Assembly (NCBI GenBank): GCA_963625535.1
Contig: CAVFUK010000091.1
Location: 1-62,388 of the forward strand
Source of the DNA: Anaerovoracaceae bacterium
GTDB taxonomy: Bacteria > Bacteroidota > Bacteroidia > Bacteroidales > Bacteroidaceae
DNA: 62,388 nt
Direction: 5' to 3'
In this document: piece after piece, positions 50,314-60,326 of the stretch
How positions within the stretch are numbered: the first letter of the stretch is position 1
How the letters are laid out: every line of letters begins with the position of its first letter
Made by a program: the position numbers and the translations under genes
Notes under the pieces: generated by a model
Told to the model about the DNA's origin: nothing
The model's input: only the letters and a program-made list of their open reading frames with translations
The model's database searches: none

Positions 50314-53300
50314 TTAAAAGGATACGTTGACACCCAGCGTGTAGGTCGTACTACGCGGATATTTGTTATAGTCGATATTCGGCGTCAGTCCGGTACCGAT
50401 GTTCACCTCGGGGTCGTAACCCGAATAGCCTGTCAGTGTGAACAGGTTGTAGCCTGTCAGGTAGAAACGGAGTTTGTTCATGCCCCACTTCTGCGTGATC
50501 TTGCGAGGTATAGTGTAACCGATAGAGAGGGTGTTCAGTCGCAGGAACGATCCATCCTCCACTGCCCACGACATACATACGGGACGTGAGAAGCTGAGCG
50601 GACTCCAGATGGTGGCGTTCTTGTTGAACTCGGCCAAAGCCTCGGGAGAGTAGGTCAAGAGGTTACCCATGTTGTCGTAGTAGCGGAACCGCTTCTCCAA
50701 CGAAACCTCTGTGGTGAAGTTGTTGAACGAGTTGTTGTAGAACGAAGTGGTGATGACCTTGTTGGCATTGAACACATCGAAACCAACCATGTAGTTGAAG
50801 AAGACACTCATGTCGAAACCCTTGTAGTAGGCATTGAGTCCGAAACCGCCCGAGCACTTCGGAGTGGTCCGGCCGATGACGGTACGGTCACTCTCGGTCA
50901 GCTGGTAAGGGTTAGCACTGGTCTCGTCGACCGGAGTCAGTTTCTTGAACTTGGCATGTCCCGGCATCAGAGTACCTGAGAGGGGGCTGCTGTCCACAAC
51001 CCCTTCTTTGAGGTGCCATGTACGTGAGTCGGAGTCGAAGTATTCGAAATCGTCCACGGTGTAGAAGCCATCGTTCACGTAACCATAGATGAGACCGGTG
51101 GTACCGCCTACGTAAGCGCGGTAGTCGTCGGTGTTCAACAGGTTGGTGCCTGCCCAGCCTGAGGAGAGTATCCACTCGCTCTCGCCGCTGGCCAGCTTGT
51201 CAATCTTGTTCTTATTGTGGCCAATGTTGAAGGTAGCGCTCAAGCGGAAGTCGGGGCGGTCGATGATGTAACCTGTCAACTGCAGCTCGATACCCTTATT
51301 GGAGGTCTGTCCCACGTTCGACATAATCTTGGTGTAGCCCGTGTATCCGGGGATGTCGGACGGAACGAGCAAGTCCTTCACCGTGTTCCAGTAGACCTCA
51401 ATACTGCCGTTGATGCGTTCGTTGAAGAATCCGAAGTCAACACCTAAGTTGCGTGAGATGGTTGTCTCCCACTTCAAGTCGGGATTATAGAGATAACTCG
51501 TGTTATAGAATTTGTAGTAGTAGCGGTCCGTCTCGTTCCAACCGGCAGAGCGTGTGCTGCTGATGCCATAGAGTTTGCGGTAGAGGTCGTCGCTGATGCG
51601 GTCGTTACCGGAAGCACCATAGCTCAGACGGAGTTTCAGGTTCGAGAGGCTCTTGAAGTCTTTCATAAACTCCTCATTAGAGATGCGCCATGCGGCAGAG
51701 AATGAGGGGAAGAAGCCCCAACGGTTGCCCTTGGCGAAGCGTGAAGAGCCATCCGCACGGAGTGTAACCATACCGATGTATTTTCCTTCGTAAGCATAGT
51801 TGACACGGCCGAAGAAAGAAGAGACACGTGTAGGCGAGCCTGCGGAAGCGGAGTTGGTGTAAGCCGTACCCAGCGAGAGGTTGTCGAAGGCCTTGTCTGC
51901 CGTAGTAGTCTCGGGGAACTCACGGGTAGTGTAGGACTTGGTGCGCGACTCGTTGTTCTTGATTTCCTGTCCCAACATGATTCTGAAGTCATGTTTGTCT
52001 TTCAGCAGGAAGTTGTAGTTCAATACATTGGAGAGTTGCCAACGGGATCCTTGTGTCATCGACCACTCTACAACCGGCTTGTTGTTGGCACCCTTTGCCG
52101 TAGAGGTCTCGATGCCCCAATAGCGCTTGTTCTCCGTAGAGTTGTCCTCGTAGCCGAATTCCACACGATAGGTGAGGCCTTTGATAATCTGCCAAGTCAA
52201 CGCACCTGCGGTGTTCAGCGACTTGTTGATGCGGCGCTTGTAGTTCTGCTCGGCCTCTTCGCGCGGATTCCAGCGAACCTTCTCTTCCAGCACGTCGGCA
52301 TCGAAGTATTCATTGTCCTCGGGCACTTCCATGTAGTCGTCCAAACCTTCTGTGGGGGCTTGACGAAGGGCTGTCAGCAGACTCACGCCTTCGGTGCCGG
52401 CTCCGTAGACGGTCTTGTTGAGCAGACGCATGCGGTATTCCAGGGTGAGGTGTTTGTTGAGCTGACTGTTCAGAGTCACGTTGAAGTTGTTCTGGCGCAA
52501 GCCGTTGCACTCCATCACGCCCGGCTGGTCTTGATGGATGAAGCTGACTTTGTACTTCATCTTCTCAGTTCCACCATTCACGTTCAAGTCATAGTATTGT
52601 GAGGTGGGGTTGGTGCCGAAGATCTCATCCTGCCAATCGGTACCTTCGTCGCCTTGGTAGATGTAGAACTCGTAGGTCTGTCCGAAGCGGTTGCCAAGGA
52701 CACCGTTCTGGTTACCCAACGACTTGTTGCGTGAGTTCTCGTACTGCATCATGACGTACTCATAGGGGTCCATCACATCCAGTTTGTTGGAGAGGGTCTT
52801 GGTCTGCAAGTAAGCGTTGAGGTTGATGGAGATGCGGCCTTCGTTAGGTTTCTTGGTCGTTACCAAGATTACACCATTGGCACCGCGGGCACCATAGATG
52901 GCCGTGGAGGCGGCATCCTTCAACACGTCGATGGATTCCACATCCGTAGGAGGGATGTCCTTCAGACTGCTTACCTCGAATCCGTCCACGAGAATCAACG
53001 GGGTGTTGTCCTGTGTGATGGAACCTCCACCACGAATGAGGATGGTGATGTCGGCATCGGGTGAACCGTCAGCCGCGGTCACCTGCACACCCGGCAATCG
53101 TCCTACAATGGCCTCGGCCACGGAGGTTGTCGGCACCTTCTCGAGTTCCGCACCCGATACGGTGGAAATGGCACCCGTCAGGTTTCCTCTCTTCTGTGTA
53201 CCATATCCAATCACCACCACGTCATCCAAGTGGTTGGAGTCTTCTATCATCTGGATGACTATGTTGGTACGGCGACCCTTCAGTTGTTCCTTGGCCTCCT

Positions 53301-53541
53301 TCATACCCACGTAGCGTACTATCAGCACGGCCTTGTCTGCATTCTTCACGTCCTTCAACGTGAAACGTCCGTCCATATCGGTAACGGTACCGGTACTTGT
53401 ACCTTGCACCATGACCGAGGCTCCTATTACTGGCCCGTAGTCATCGACTACCGTACCGGTAACTTGCGTATTCTGTGCATATCCATACTGGGACATCCAC
53501 AAGAAACTGAATATGCTTAGTATTATCTGAAAATATTTCAT
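50314..53541 (-). CDS. SusC/RagA TonB-dependent transporter
   Basis: LDDVVVIGYG, VLKDAASTAIYGARGANGVILVTTK, LKWETT, EDGSFLRL, C-terminal F. Confidence 0.97.
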   Translation of the reverse strand: MKYFQIILSIFSFLWMSQYGYAQNTQVTGTVVDDYGPVIGASVMVQGTSTGTVTDMDGRFTLKDVKNADKAVLIVRYVGMKEAKEQLKGRRTNIVIQMIEDSNHLDDVVVIGYGTQKRGNLTGAISTVSGAELEKVPTTSVAEAIVGRLPGVQVTAADGSPDADITILIRGGGSITQDNTPLILVDGFEVSSLKDIPPTDVESIDVLKDAASTAIYGARGANGVILVTTKKPNEGRISINLNAYLQTKTLSNKLDVMDPYEYVMMQYENSRNKSLGNQNGVLGNRFGQTYEFYIYQGDEGTDWQDEIFGTNPTSQYYDLNVNGGTEKMKYKVSFIHQDQPGVMECNGLRQNNFNVTLNSQLNKHLTLEYRMRLLNKTVYGAGTEGVSLLTALRQAPTEGLDDYMEVPEDNEYFDADVLEEKVRWNPREEAEQNYKRRINKSLNTAGALTWQIIKGLTYRVEFGYEDNSTENKRYWGIETSTAKGANNKPVVEWSMTQGSRWQLSNVLNYNFLLKDKHDFRIMLGQEIKNNESRTKSYTTREFPETTTADKAFDNLSLGTAYTNSASAGSPTRVSSFFGRVNYAYEGKYIGMVTLRADGSSRFAKGNRWGFFPSFSAAWRISNEEFMKDFKSLSNLKLRLSYGASGNDRISDDLYRKLYGISSTRSAGWNETDRYYYKFYNTSYLYNPDLKWETTISRNLGVDFGFFNERINGSIEVYWNTVKDLLVPSDIPGYTGYTKIMSNVGQTSNKGIELQLTGYIIDRPDFRLSATFNIGHNKNKIDKLASGESEWILSSGWAGTNLLNTDDYRAYVGGTTGLIYGYVNDGFYTVDDFEYFDSDSRTWHLKEGVVDSSPLSGTLMPGHAKFKKLTPVDETSANPYQLTESDRTVIGRTTPKCSGGFGLNAYYKGFDMSVFFNYMVGFDVFNANKVITTSFYNNSFNNFTTEVSLEKRFRYYDNMGNLLTYSPEALAEFNKNATIWSPLSFSRPVCMSWAVEDGSFLRLNTLSIGYTIPRKITQKWGMNKLRFYLTGYNLFTLTGYSGYDPEVNIGTGLTPNIDYNKYPRSTTYTLGVNVSF

Positions 53542-53578
53542 TCTTGCACTATATTAAATGGTTGTCAAAAACACTTTA

Positions 53579-55363
53579 TCACTTGCACCAATAGGAGTCA
53601 CCAATCTTGTTGAGGTAAACCTCGGAACTCTTGTCCTTGATGGTCATATCGCCACTGGCGGCATTGTTGAACAGCTCGTCCATGGTCAGACTGGTGGCCG
53701 TTGGAGTCTCTGTAGCATCCAATCCCCATTCCTTCATCACGTAGCCCTTCGTGTAGTAGTTGCCAGAGATGCTTCTGTTGGTGACATTGTCCAGCACAAA
53801 GAGGGTACCCAATCCGCTCTCGGCACCTACGAAGAGGTTGTTCTTCACACTAAGATTGAACTGCGTAGCGGAAGCGCCGTTGAGGTTGAACAGGTTAGCG
53901 TCGGCACAGGTGGCACTCACGAAGGTGTTGTTCTCGATGGTCACGTTCAGGTCGTCCGGCACGCGGTTGAGGTTACCCAGTATCATGACTGTCTTCTCCA
54001 TGTGGAACGTGGAGTTCTTGATGGAGATGTTGTGCACAGGCACGATGGACTTGTTCACCGGAACGAAGAAGTTGGCGGCGATATTGTAGATGCGACAGTT
54101 GTCGATAATCAGGTTATGGATAATCTCCACATTGTCGGCCTTCGGGTTGTTCTGATACCAAAATACACCTGCCAAGTTCTCAAACTCGCAGTTGACAAAC
54201 GATATGGTGTCGACCTCAAAGTGTTGACCCTTGAACTGGAACACACGGCCCGTGTCTTGTATCTTCACGTTCTCGAAATGAACGCCTCCAACATTGCCGG
54301 TGAAGATGATGAGACTGTTCTTCTTGACAGTGGCCAAGCCTTTGCCCCGATAAGGCTCTTGTCCGAGGATGTAGACGGGTTTGGCAGGATTTTCCAACAA
54401 TCCGCCGTTAAGTGTATAGGTCTCACCCGCTTTCAGATAAAGTTTTACAGCATCGACATCGCTGTCGTTCATCAGATTCTTATAGACCGTGTTGATGTCG
54501 TCGCCCTTGCCTATCAAGGTGTAGCCATCGGGAGCAATCACAGGAGGATCGGGGTTCACCGCTTCTTCGTCCCAGTCGGCACCGGTGATGGATATCGTAT
54601 AATCTTGAATCATGGGCTCGTCCGCATTGTTCAGGTGGAACTTGACAGTCAGTGTAGAGTCGGGGATGATGGGGAATGAGCCATCCATCTCCTTACTCTG
54701 AATCACTTCGTTGTTGGCATCCAAATAGTCGATGCGCACATTCACCGTCTTGTCGTTATCGACCGTGCCGAACAGCACAAAATCGTCCTGATAACTAAGT
54801 CCGCCGGTGGTGGTGGTCTTGTCGCGCGTCAACGTCATCTCACCCTCGGTGTAGGTACCATCGGACACCTTGTAACCATTGATGGGTGTGGTGACGACGG
54901 CACGAATGGTGGAGTAGCTCTTGTCCGCCTTCACGTCGATACCCTTCAGACGAAGTATGCCGGTACGTGTGTACATGTGCAACTTCAGAGAATCCTCTTT
55001 GGCAGCATTGTAGGAGACAGGAACCGAAGCTATGAACGACTGCTTCGAGAGTGTGTCCTGACTGATGACGATGTCATTGAGGTTGGCAGGGAAAGGTATC
55101 AGACCGTCGTTCTGGGTACAGAGGATTTTGTAATTCTTGTTCTCCAGCGAGAATTTGAAGCTGGAGGAATACTGCACGTAAGACGTTCCGTCCTCATTAT
55201 ATATAAACAAGGGGCGCGTTCTGGTGTCGCTGGGTGCCCAGGGCTCTTCATCGACAAACATCTCGATGCTGTTGACCACAGACACGTCATACTTTTCATC
55301 TTCCGAACAAGCCACCCAACAACTTGCGGTGGCCAATGCGGCAATCATAAATCGTATATTCAT
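53579..55363 (-). CDS. Lipoprotein: Mfa2/FimB-like N-terminal domain fused to DUF4957/DUF5123-like beta-helix
   Basis: Lipobox WVAC; beta-rich N-half; C-half with SFVNCEF, IDNCRI, IKNSTF, IENNTF repeats and terminal IGDSYW. Confidence 0.65.
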   Translation of the reverse strand: MNIRFMIAALATASCWVACSEDEKYDVSVVNSIEMFVDEEPWAPSDTRTRPLFIYNEDGTSYVQYSSSFKFSLENKNYKILCTQNDGLIPFPANLNDIVISQDTLSKQSFIASVPVSYNAAKEDSLKLHMYTRTGILRLKGIDVKADKSYSTIRAVVTTPINGYKVSDGTYTEGEMTLTRDKTTTTGGLSYQDDFVLFGTVDNDKTVNVRIDYLDANNEVIQSKEMDGSFPIIPDSTLTVKFHLNNADEPMIQDYTISITGADWDEEAVNPDPPVIAPDGYTLIGKGDDINTVYKNLMNDSDVDAVKLYLKAGETYTLNGGLLENPAKPVYILGQEPYRGKGLATVKKNSLIIFTGNVGGVHFENVKIQDTGRVFQFKGQHFEVDTISFVNCEFENLAGVFWYQNNPKADNVEIIHNLIIDNCRIYNIAANFFVPVNKSIVPVHNISIKNSTFHMEKTVMILGNLNRVPDDLNVTIENNTFVSATCADANLFNLNGASATQFNLSVKNNLFVGAESGLGTLFVLDNVTNRSISGNYYTKGYVMKEWGLDATETPTATSLTMDELFNNAASGDMTIKDKSSEVYLNKIGDSYWCK

Positions 55364-55378
55364 AGGTTATTATGCAGG

Positions 55379-56236
55379 TTAAAAGTTAGTTTCCGTTACT
55401 TGATATCGTTCGTCGACAGACTTGACGGCTTTGTTGACGTAGAGCTCATCCAAGATAGGATAGGTCACGTTGAAACGCTTCGATGCCTTGAACTCCACAC
55501 CGATGTCGAGCGGTTTCTTGGTGCGTGTCACCTCGACTCCACCCTTCAGGTAAGCCACGTCCATGTTGGTCTTCTCGGCGGCCTTGCTTGTGGGGAAGGA
55601 ATAGAAAGAGACCTCGAAACCGTTCTTGAGGTCCGACGCACAGGTGAGGGTATCCAACACGATGTCGCCGCTCTGCACCTTGTAACCGGAGGCTACATTG
55701 GTGAATGTCATGGACAACTGGTCGAAGTCAGAGATGGCATTCAGCTCGTCGGCTGTCTCCTGCGGAGCAAAGACGAGCTGGCCCACCACACGGGTCAGTT
55801 TCAGCTCTACCTGTGCCACAGACTTGTCGGACTTGAACTCCACAATGTTGGAGAGGAAGACGTCCTTCTGCATGGCCTCGTCCTGATAGATGACAGCAGT
55901 AGAAAGGCTGTCCTGGTCGGAGATGCTGCCGGCATTGGCTACGGCAAAGGTTTTCAACTTCTCACCCAAAGGCAAGGGAATGTCCAAGTTGCCGTCACCG
56001 ATAGACAGCGTGTCGGCATAGACCAGCGAATCGCTCAAGTAGGCAAAGACACAGAGGTCCTGGATGCCGGCATCGGCAAAGGTGACATCGTCGGCCCTGG
56101 TGATTTTTACTTTGACGGATTGTGTCTCGGACGTACCTGGAGTCCCTCCGTCGTCGGAATTCCAGACGTCATCCTGCTGGGAACAGGACATCAGCACCGT
56201 CAGTAGCAGTGCTCCCATCATTGATAAATACTTCAT
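55379..56236 (-). CDS. FimB/Mfa2-like (type V pilin fold) lipoprotein
   Basis: Lipobox LMSC, VKITRA, LCVFAY, FAVANA, VELKLTRVVGQLVF pattern. Confidence 0.6.
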   Translation of the reverse strand: MKYLSMMGALLLTVLMSCSQQDDVWNSDDGGTPGTSETQSVKVKITRADDVTFADAGIQDLCVFAYLSDSLVYADTLSIGDGNLDIPLPLGEKLKTFAVANAGSISDQDSLSTAVIYQDEAMQKDVFLSNIVEFKSDKSVAQVELKLTRVVGQLVFAPQETADELNAISDFDQLSMTFTNVASGYKVQSGDIVLDTLTCASDLKNGFEVSFYSFPTSKAAEKTNMDVAYLKGGVEVTRTKKPLDIGVEFKASKRFNVTYPILDELYVNKAVKSVDERYQVTETNF

Positions 56237-56282
56237 AAATGAATAATTTAAGATTAACTATATATATAATGTTACCTATTGA

Positions 56283-57644
56283 TTACTTCACCAGTTTCCA
56301 CCAATCGTAGTTGAACAGGCTGATGCCACGCATACCCTTGAACTTGAAATATAAATCGTGTACACCTGTCACTCCCTTATTGATAGGAGCCTCGAACCTT
56401 TTCCAAGCCTCCCATCCCCCTGTGCCTTTCACGTCAATGGCACAGAGAAGAGGCCCGTTGGGAACATCCAGCCGCACTTCCATCGTACCTCCATAGAGCG
56501 CACTCGCGGCTGAAACAATCATCTTCCGAGGAGCCTTGTCGCCAAAGTCCACCACCCGCACGCTGACGGAGTCACCATGATGTATCTGACTCACATAGAC
56601 ACCCGACTTCGCATTCGGTTCAGTGGTCACTCCTCCGGCATGAGCAATCGTTTCCGCCTCTACCCGATGATAGGGATTGAGCGTACCCACCGGGTCCACA
56701 CCTTTGTCCGTAGGTTTGATGACGGGCAACGTGCCATCGTCGTCCCATTGGAACTCTTCGATGGCTACGGAGCGGTTCACACTTCCACCTCCTGGCAGTT
56801 TTCCTGTATGATAGACAAGGTAGTGATGCCCCTTATACTCCACAATTCCACAATGGTTGGTAGCTGATTCGGAGTCGTAGAGACTCATCAGCTCACCTTT
56901 GTACTCCCATGGTCCCTCAGGACTGTCGCTCATGGAGTAAGCCAAATGTTCGGGCACTCCACCTGCGGCATAGAGTAGATAGTATTTCCCGTTGCGCTTC
57001 ATCAACCAAGGGCCTTCCTCGAAGTTGCGGATTCCCTTCGACTTATCCACACGGCCAAAGGCTTTCTCATCGAGAGGTACTTTATATAAGGTATCGCCTT
57101 TCAGACTAAGCAAGTCGCTGTTCAGCTCGGCATAGAACAGAGCCCGGTTACCCCAATAGAGATAAGCTCGTCCATCGTCGTCAATCCACACCGTAGGGTC
57201 GATGTCGCGGTTGCTTCCACCAGCCAACTTCTTCCCTAACGCATCGCGAAAGGGGCCTACCGGACTGCCACCAACCGCCACACCCAAGGCTTTGGTTCGG
57301 GTCTCTTTATCGCGCCCGCACACGTACCAATAGAACTTGCCATTGTGCTCGATGCACTGCGATGCCCAAGCACCACTCTCCATCCAATCGAAATCGAGGA
57401 TAGACAAACGGGGACCGTGGTCGGTCCAATTCACCATATCAGTAGAGGAATATACATGCCAATCGTGCATGCAATATTTGGTAGTGCCATCGGCAACATC
57501 GTGACCTGTGTACAACCAAAAGGTGTCACCATAAACCATCGGCGCCGGGTCGGACGTGTAACAAGTCTGTACCACCGGATTTTGTGCCTTCAGTAGCAGC
57601 GATGGAAGGAGCAGCAGAAGTACTATCAAAGTGTTTGTTTTCAT
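56283..57644 (-). CDS. GH43 glycoside hydrolase + CBM6
   Basis: NPVV...SDPAP, YTGHD, STDMVNW, AWASQ, IDPTVWIDDDG, EEGPW, TNH; CBM6 motifs VEAE, TGGWEAW, GVHDLYF. Confidence 0.93.
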   Translation of the reverse strand: MKTNTLIVLLLLLPSLLLKAQNPVVQTCYTSDPAPMVYGDTFWLYTGHDVADGTTKYCMHDWHVYSSTDMVNWTDHGPRLSILDFDWMESGAWASQCIEHNGKFYWYVCGRDKETRTKALGVAVGGSPVGPFRDALGKKLAGGSNRDIDPTVWIDDDGRAYLYWGNRALFYAELNSDLLSLKGDTLYKVPLDEKAFGRVDKSKGIRNFEEGPWLMKRNGKYYLLYAAGGVPEHLAYSMSDSPEGPWEYKGELMSLYDSESATNHCGIVEYKGHHYLVYHTGKLPGGGSVNRSVAIEEFQWDDDGTLPVIKPTDKGVDPVGTLNPYHRVEAETIAHAGGVTTEPNAKSGVYVSQIHHGDSVSVRVVDFGDKAPRKMIVSAASALYGGTMEVRLDVPNGPLLCAIDVKGTGGWEAWKRFEAPINKGVTGVHDLYFKFKGMRGISLFNYDWWKLVK

Positions 57645-57686
57645 TCTTTTACGACTGGTATTAAATTATAGCTTATAGAATTCTGG

Positions 57687-57746
57687 GCTAAAGGTCCTCA
57701 TTCACAAGCAAAAAGAAGTGGACTTTTGTCTCGCATAGAGTGGACT
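57687..57746 (-). promoter_or_regulatory. Direct-repeat operator between PUL operon and divergent regulator
   Basis: agtggact at 57717-57724 and 57739-57746 (22-bp period); variant -7 box GACCTTTA on minus strand. Confidence 0.65.
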
Positions 57747-57832
57747 AACTCCCCTAGGACACAAAATCCACAAGATTTAGTTGGAATATTGCATGAATCG
57801 GCGTAACTTCGTGGATGAAAATAATAGCGACT

Positions 57833-60253
57833 ATGAGAAGACTCTTTCTGTTAATATCTTTCTTCGTATGCCTCGCCTCTGTGGCAGAGACAAAGACACC
57901 GAAGGGAGCAAGCCGTTGGAAGCTACAAGAGATAGAGACCCCAAACCACGTCATCAAGAGCATTGCCGTCGACAGCATTGGACTGGTATGGATGGGAACC
58001 TATGACGGCCTGTTCTGCTACGACGGGAACGAGGTGTACAGATATGCCCCCATCGACAACAAGATATTGGCGTTCAACCGTGTGGACCGCATCTTCGTCC
58101 TACCGGACCAGAACATCCTCTGCCGGCAACGGAAGACGTTCATCATCTTCGACCGGAAACAACGCAAGTTCGTGGAGCCCTACCTAGATGGTGCGAAGAT
58201 GGAACAGACCTTAGGGAACACCTCGGCCAGCGACTCACTGCGCAAGGTGACTTGGCAAGAGGTGGTGGCGAAAGTGGACATCCCCGCTACCTGCAACATC
58301 CTGACCCACGAGTTCGACCGCAACGGCAACCTATGGATAGGCACCGACAAAGGACTTTGGCTGGCATCGCCTGTGGCAGACCTCTTCAAGTTCCACGACG
58401 AGGGCGGCGAAGTGGTCTCCTTCTTCAAGGACAACGACCAGCGTCTGTGGATTATTCAGGCCGACTGCTCTATACCTATATATAATAAGCACCGCGAGTT
58501 GTTGGGCTATCTGTCCGGCAACGGAGATATCGTGAAGCAAAAGGTCACATTCCCCTACACCATCCGGAGCATCAAACAAGATTACAACGGAAACATCTGG
58601 ATAGCCGCCCTGAGGGACGGGGTGCTCTTGCTGCGCCCTACAGGCAAAGGATACAGCATAAAGCAGTACAAGACGGACGATTCCGACGACTCTACCCCAC
58701 ACCTGGACCGTGTGATGGACCTGCACGTCGACTGCAAGAACCGCATCTGGATAGCAAACCTCTATGGAGAACTGGCCCTCGTACAGTCCACACCGGACAA
58801 GGGATACCACTTCGTTGCACTGGACTCGTGTGGAATGACCAATGTACCGACCCAAGTGAGAGGGTTCCATGAGTTGGCGCAGGAAATCATGTATATCTAC
58901 ACCGAGAACGGAAGCTACACCTGCAGCCTCAACTTTGATGACTACAAGAACCTGAAGTTCTACCACCAACAACATGAACCGGACCGCACGGAATCCATAC
59001 CCCGAGACCTGATACTGGCCGCCACGCAGAACAAACGGGGCACAGTGCTGCTGGCTTGCGGAGGGCTCTACAAGGTGACGGACAACGAGAAGTTCCTGGC
59101 CGAGACATTCCCCTTCCAACTGGTTCACACACCTCAGGTAACAAACGACTTTCTGGCTCTGTTTGCCGACAAGAACGGATACACATGGGCTGCCGACGAG
59201 CGGTCGATTATCTGCCTCAATAGCAAGCTGGATGTGCAGCACGTGTTCCCCTTCATCGAGAAGGGATACGAGCGCCACTTCACCTTCCACCCCTTCTTCC
59301 AACTGAACGACACCTGCCTGTTGAAAGGTTGTCTGGAGGGATGGGTCTCCTTCAATCCCCGCGAGCTGGTGAAAGCGGCAACGGATACGCACAACCTCTA
59401 CTTCTCGGAGATTCTGTACCTGCGACAGAACCGATTAGACCAGATAGACTTGGACGACACCATTACCCTACAACCCGAGCAACGCGAATGCATCGTACGC
59501 TTCTCCGTGCTGGAGTATGACCGCCCCATACCAGTCTGCTACGCCTACCGACTGGAGGGAGAGACGGACTGGACCTACACCAACAAAGGGGAGACGGCAC
59601 CTTTAACGGACCTGACGGCAGGCACTTATCTGCTGACCGTGCGCAGCACTGACGGCACCGGAGCGTGGATAGACAACGAAAAGACCTTACAGATAGAGAT
59701 ACTCCCCTACTGGTACGAGAAAGCATGGGTGCGTTTCCTGATAATCCTGTCACTTGTACTGATAATCTGTGCCGTGTCCTACTTCATCCATCTCCATATC
59801 CAACAGCGGGTGATGCGCCTCACGCTGAAGAAGATACAGGAGATGGAAGAAGAACGGAACGAGCAGCAGAAGCACATCGTGCCAATCGCCGACCCCGAGA
59901 AGATAGACAAAGACGAGACCTTCCGCAAAAGACTGTATGACTACCTGAGCGAGAACATTGCCAACGACAAGCTGAAGGTGGAGGACCTGGCTGTAGACAT
60001 GGGTATGAGCCGGGCCGTCTTCACCACGAAGATAAAGGAGCTATTCGGTTGCACAGTCATCGACCTGATTATCGCCACCCGCATCACCCGTGCCATCCAG
60101 TACATGGAGCAGTCGCCCTCGTTGACGGTCGCCGAGATAGCCTACAACTCGGGATTCAGCGACCCGCGCTACTTCAGCCGCTGCTTCAAGAAGCACACCG
60201 GCAAGTCACCGTCGGACTACATGAAGCAGCTGGAGACGAAAGAGCAGAAGTAA
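57833..60253 (+). CDS. Second transmembrane AraC regulator (propeller + Y_Y_Y + TM + AraC HTH), no kinase or receiver
   Basis: DSIGLVWMGT and DRNGNLWIGT repeats, YAYRLEG...LTAGTYLLTVRSTD, PYWYE + TM, VAEIAYNSGFSDPRYFSRCFKK. Confidence 0.9.
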   Translation: MRRLFLLISFFVCLASVAETKTPKGASRWKLQEIETPNHVIKSIAVDSIGLVWMGTYDGLFCYDGNEVYRYAPIDNKILAFNRVDRIFVLPDQNILCRQRKTFIIFDRKQRKFVEPYLDGAKMEQTLGNTSASDSLRKVTWQEVVAKVDIPATCNILTHEFDRNGNLWIGTDKGLWLASPVADLFKFHDEGGEVVSFFKDNDQRLWIIQADCSIPIYNKHRELLGYLSGNGDIVKQKVTFPYTIRSIKQDYNGNIWIAALRDGVLLLRPTGKGYSIKQYKTDDSDDSTPHLDRVMDLHVDCKNRIWIANLYGELALVQSTPDKGYHFVALDSCGMTNVPTQVRGFHELAQEIMYIYTENGSYTCSLNFDDYKNLKFYHQQHEPDRTESIPRDLILAATQNKRGTVLLACGGLYKVTDNEKFLAETFPFQLVHTPQVTNDFLALFADKNGYTWAADERSIICLNSKLDVQHVFPFIEKGYERHFTFHPFFQLNDTCLLKGCLEGWVSFNPRELVKAATDTHNLYFSEILYLRQNRLDQIDLDDTITLQPEQRECIVRFSVLEYDRPIPVCYAYRLEGETDWTYTNKGETAPLTDLTAGTYLLTVRSTDGTGAWIDNEKTLQIEILPYWYEKAWVRFLIILSLVLIICAVSYFIHLHIQQRVMRLTLKKIQEMEEERNEQQKHIVPIADPEKIDKDETFRKRLYDYLSENIANDKLKVEDLAVDMGMSRAVFTTKIKELFGCTVIDLIIATRITRAIQYMEQSPSLTVAEIAYNSGFSDPRYFSRCFKKHTGKSPSDYMKQLETKEQK

Positions 60254-60326
60254 GTGGCATCTCGGTCCGTGATTTCGAGCGAGCTTGAATAATTTGCATT
60301 ATCTTTGCACCCCAAAAGTTCGTAAT

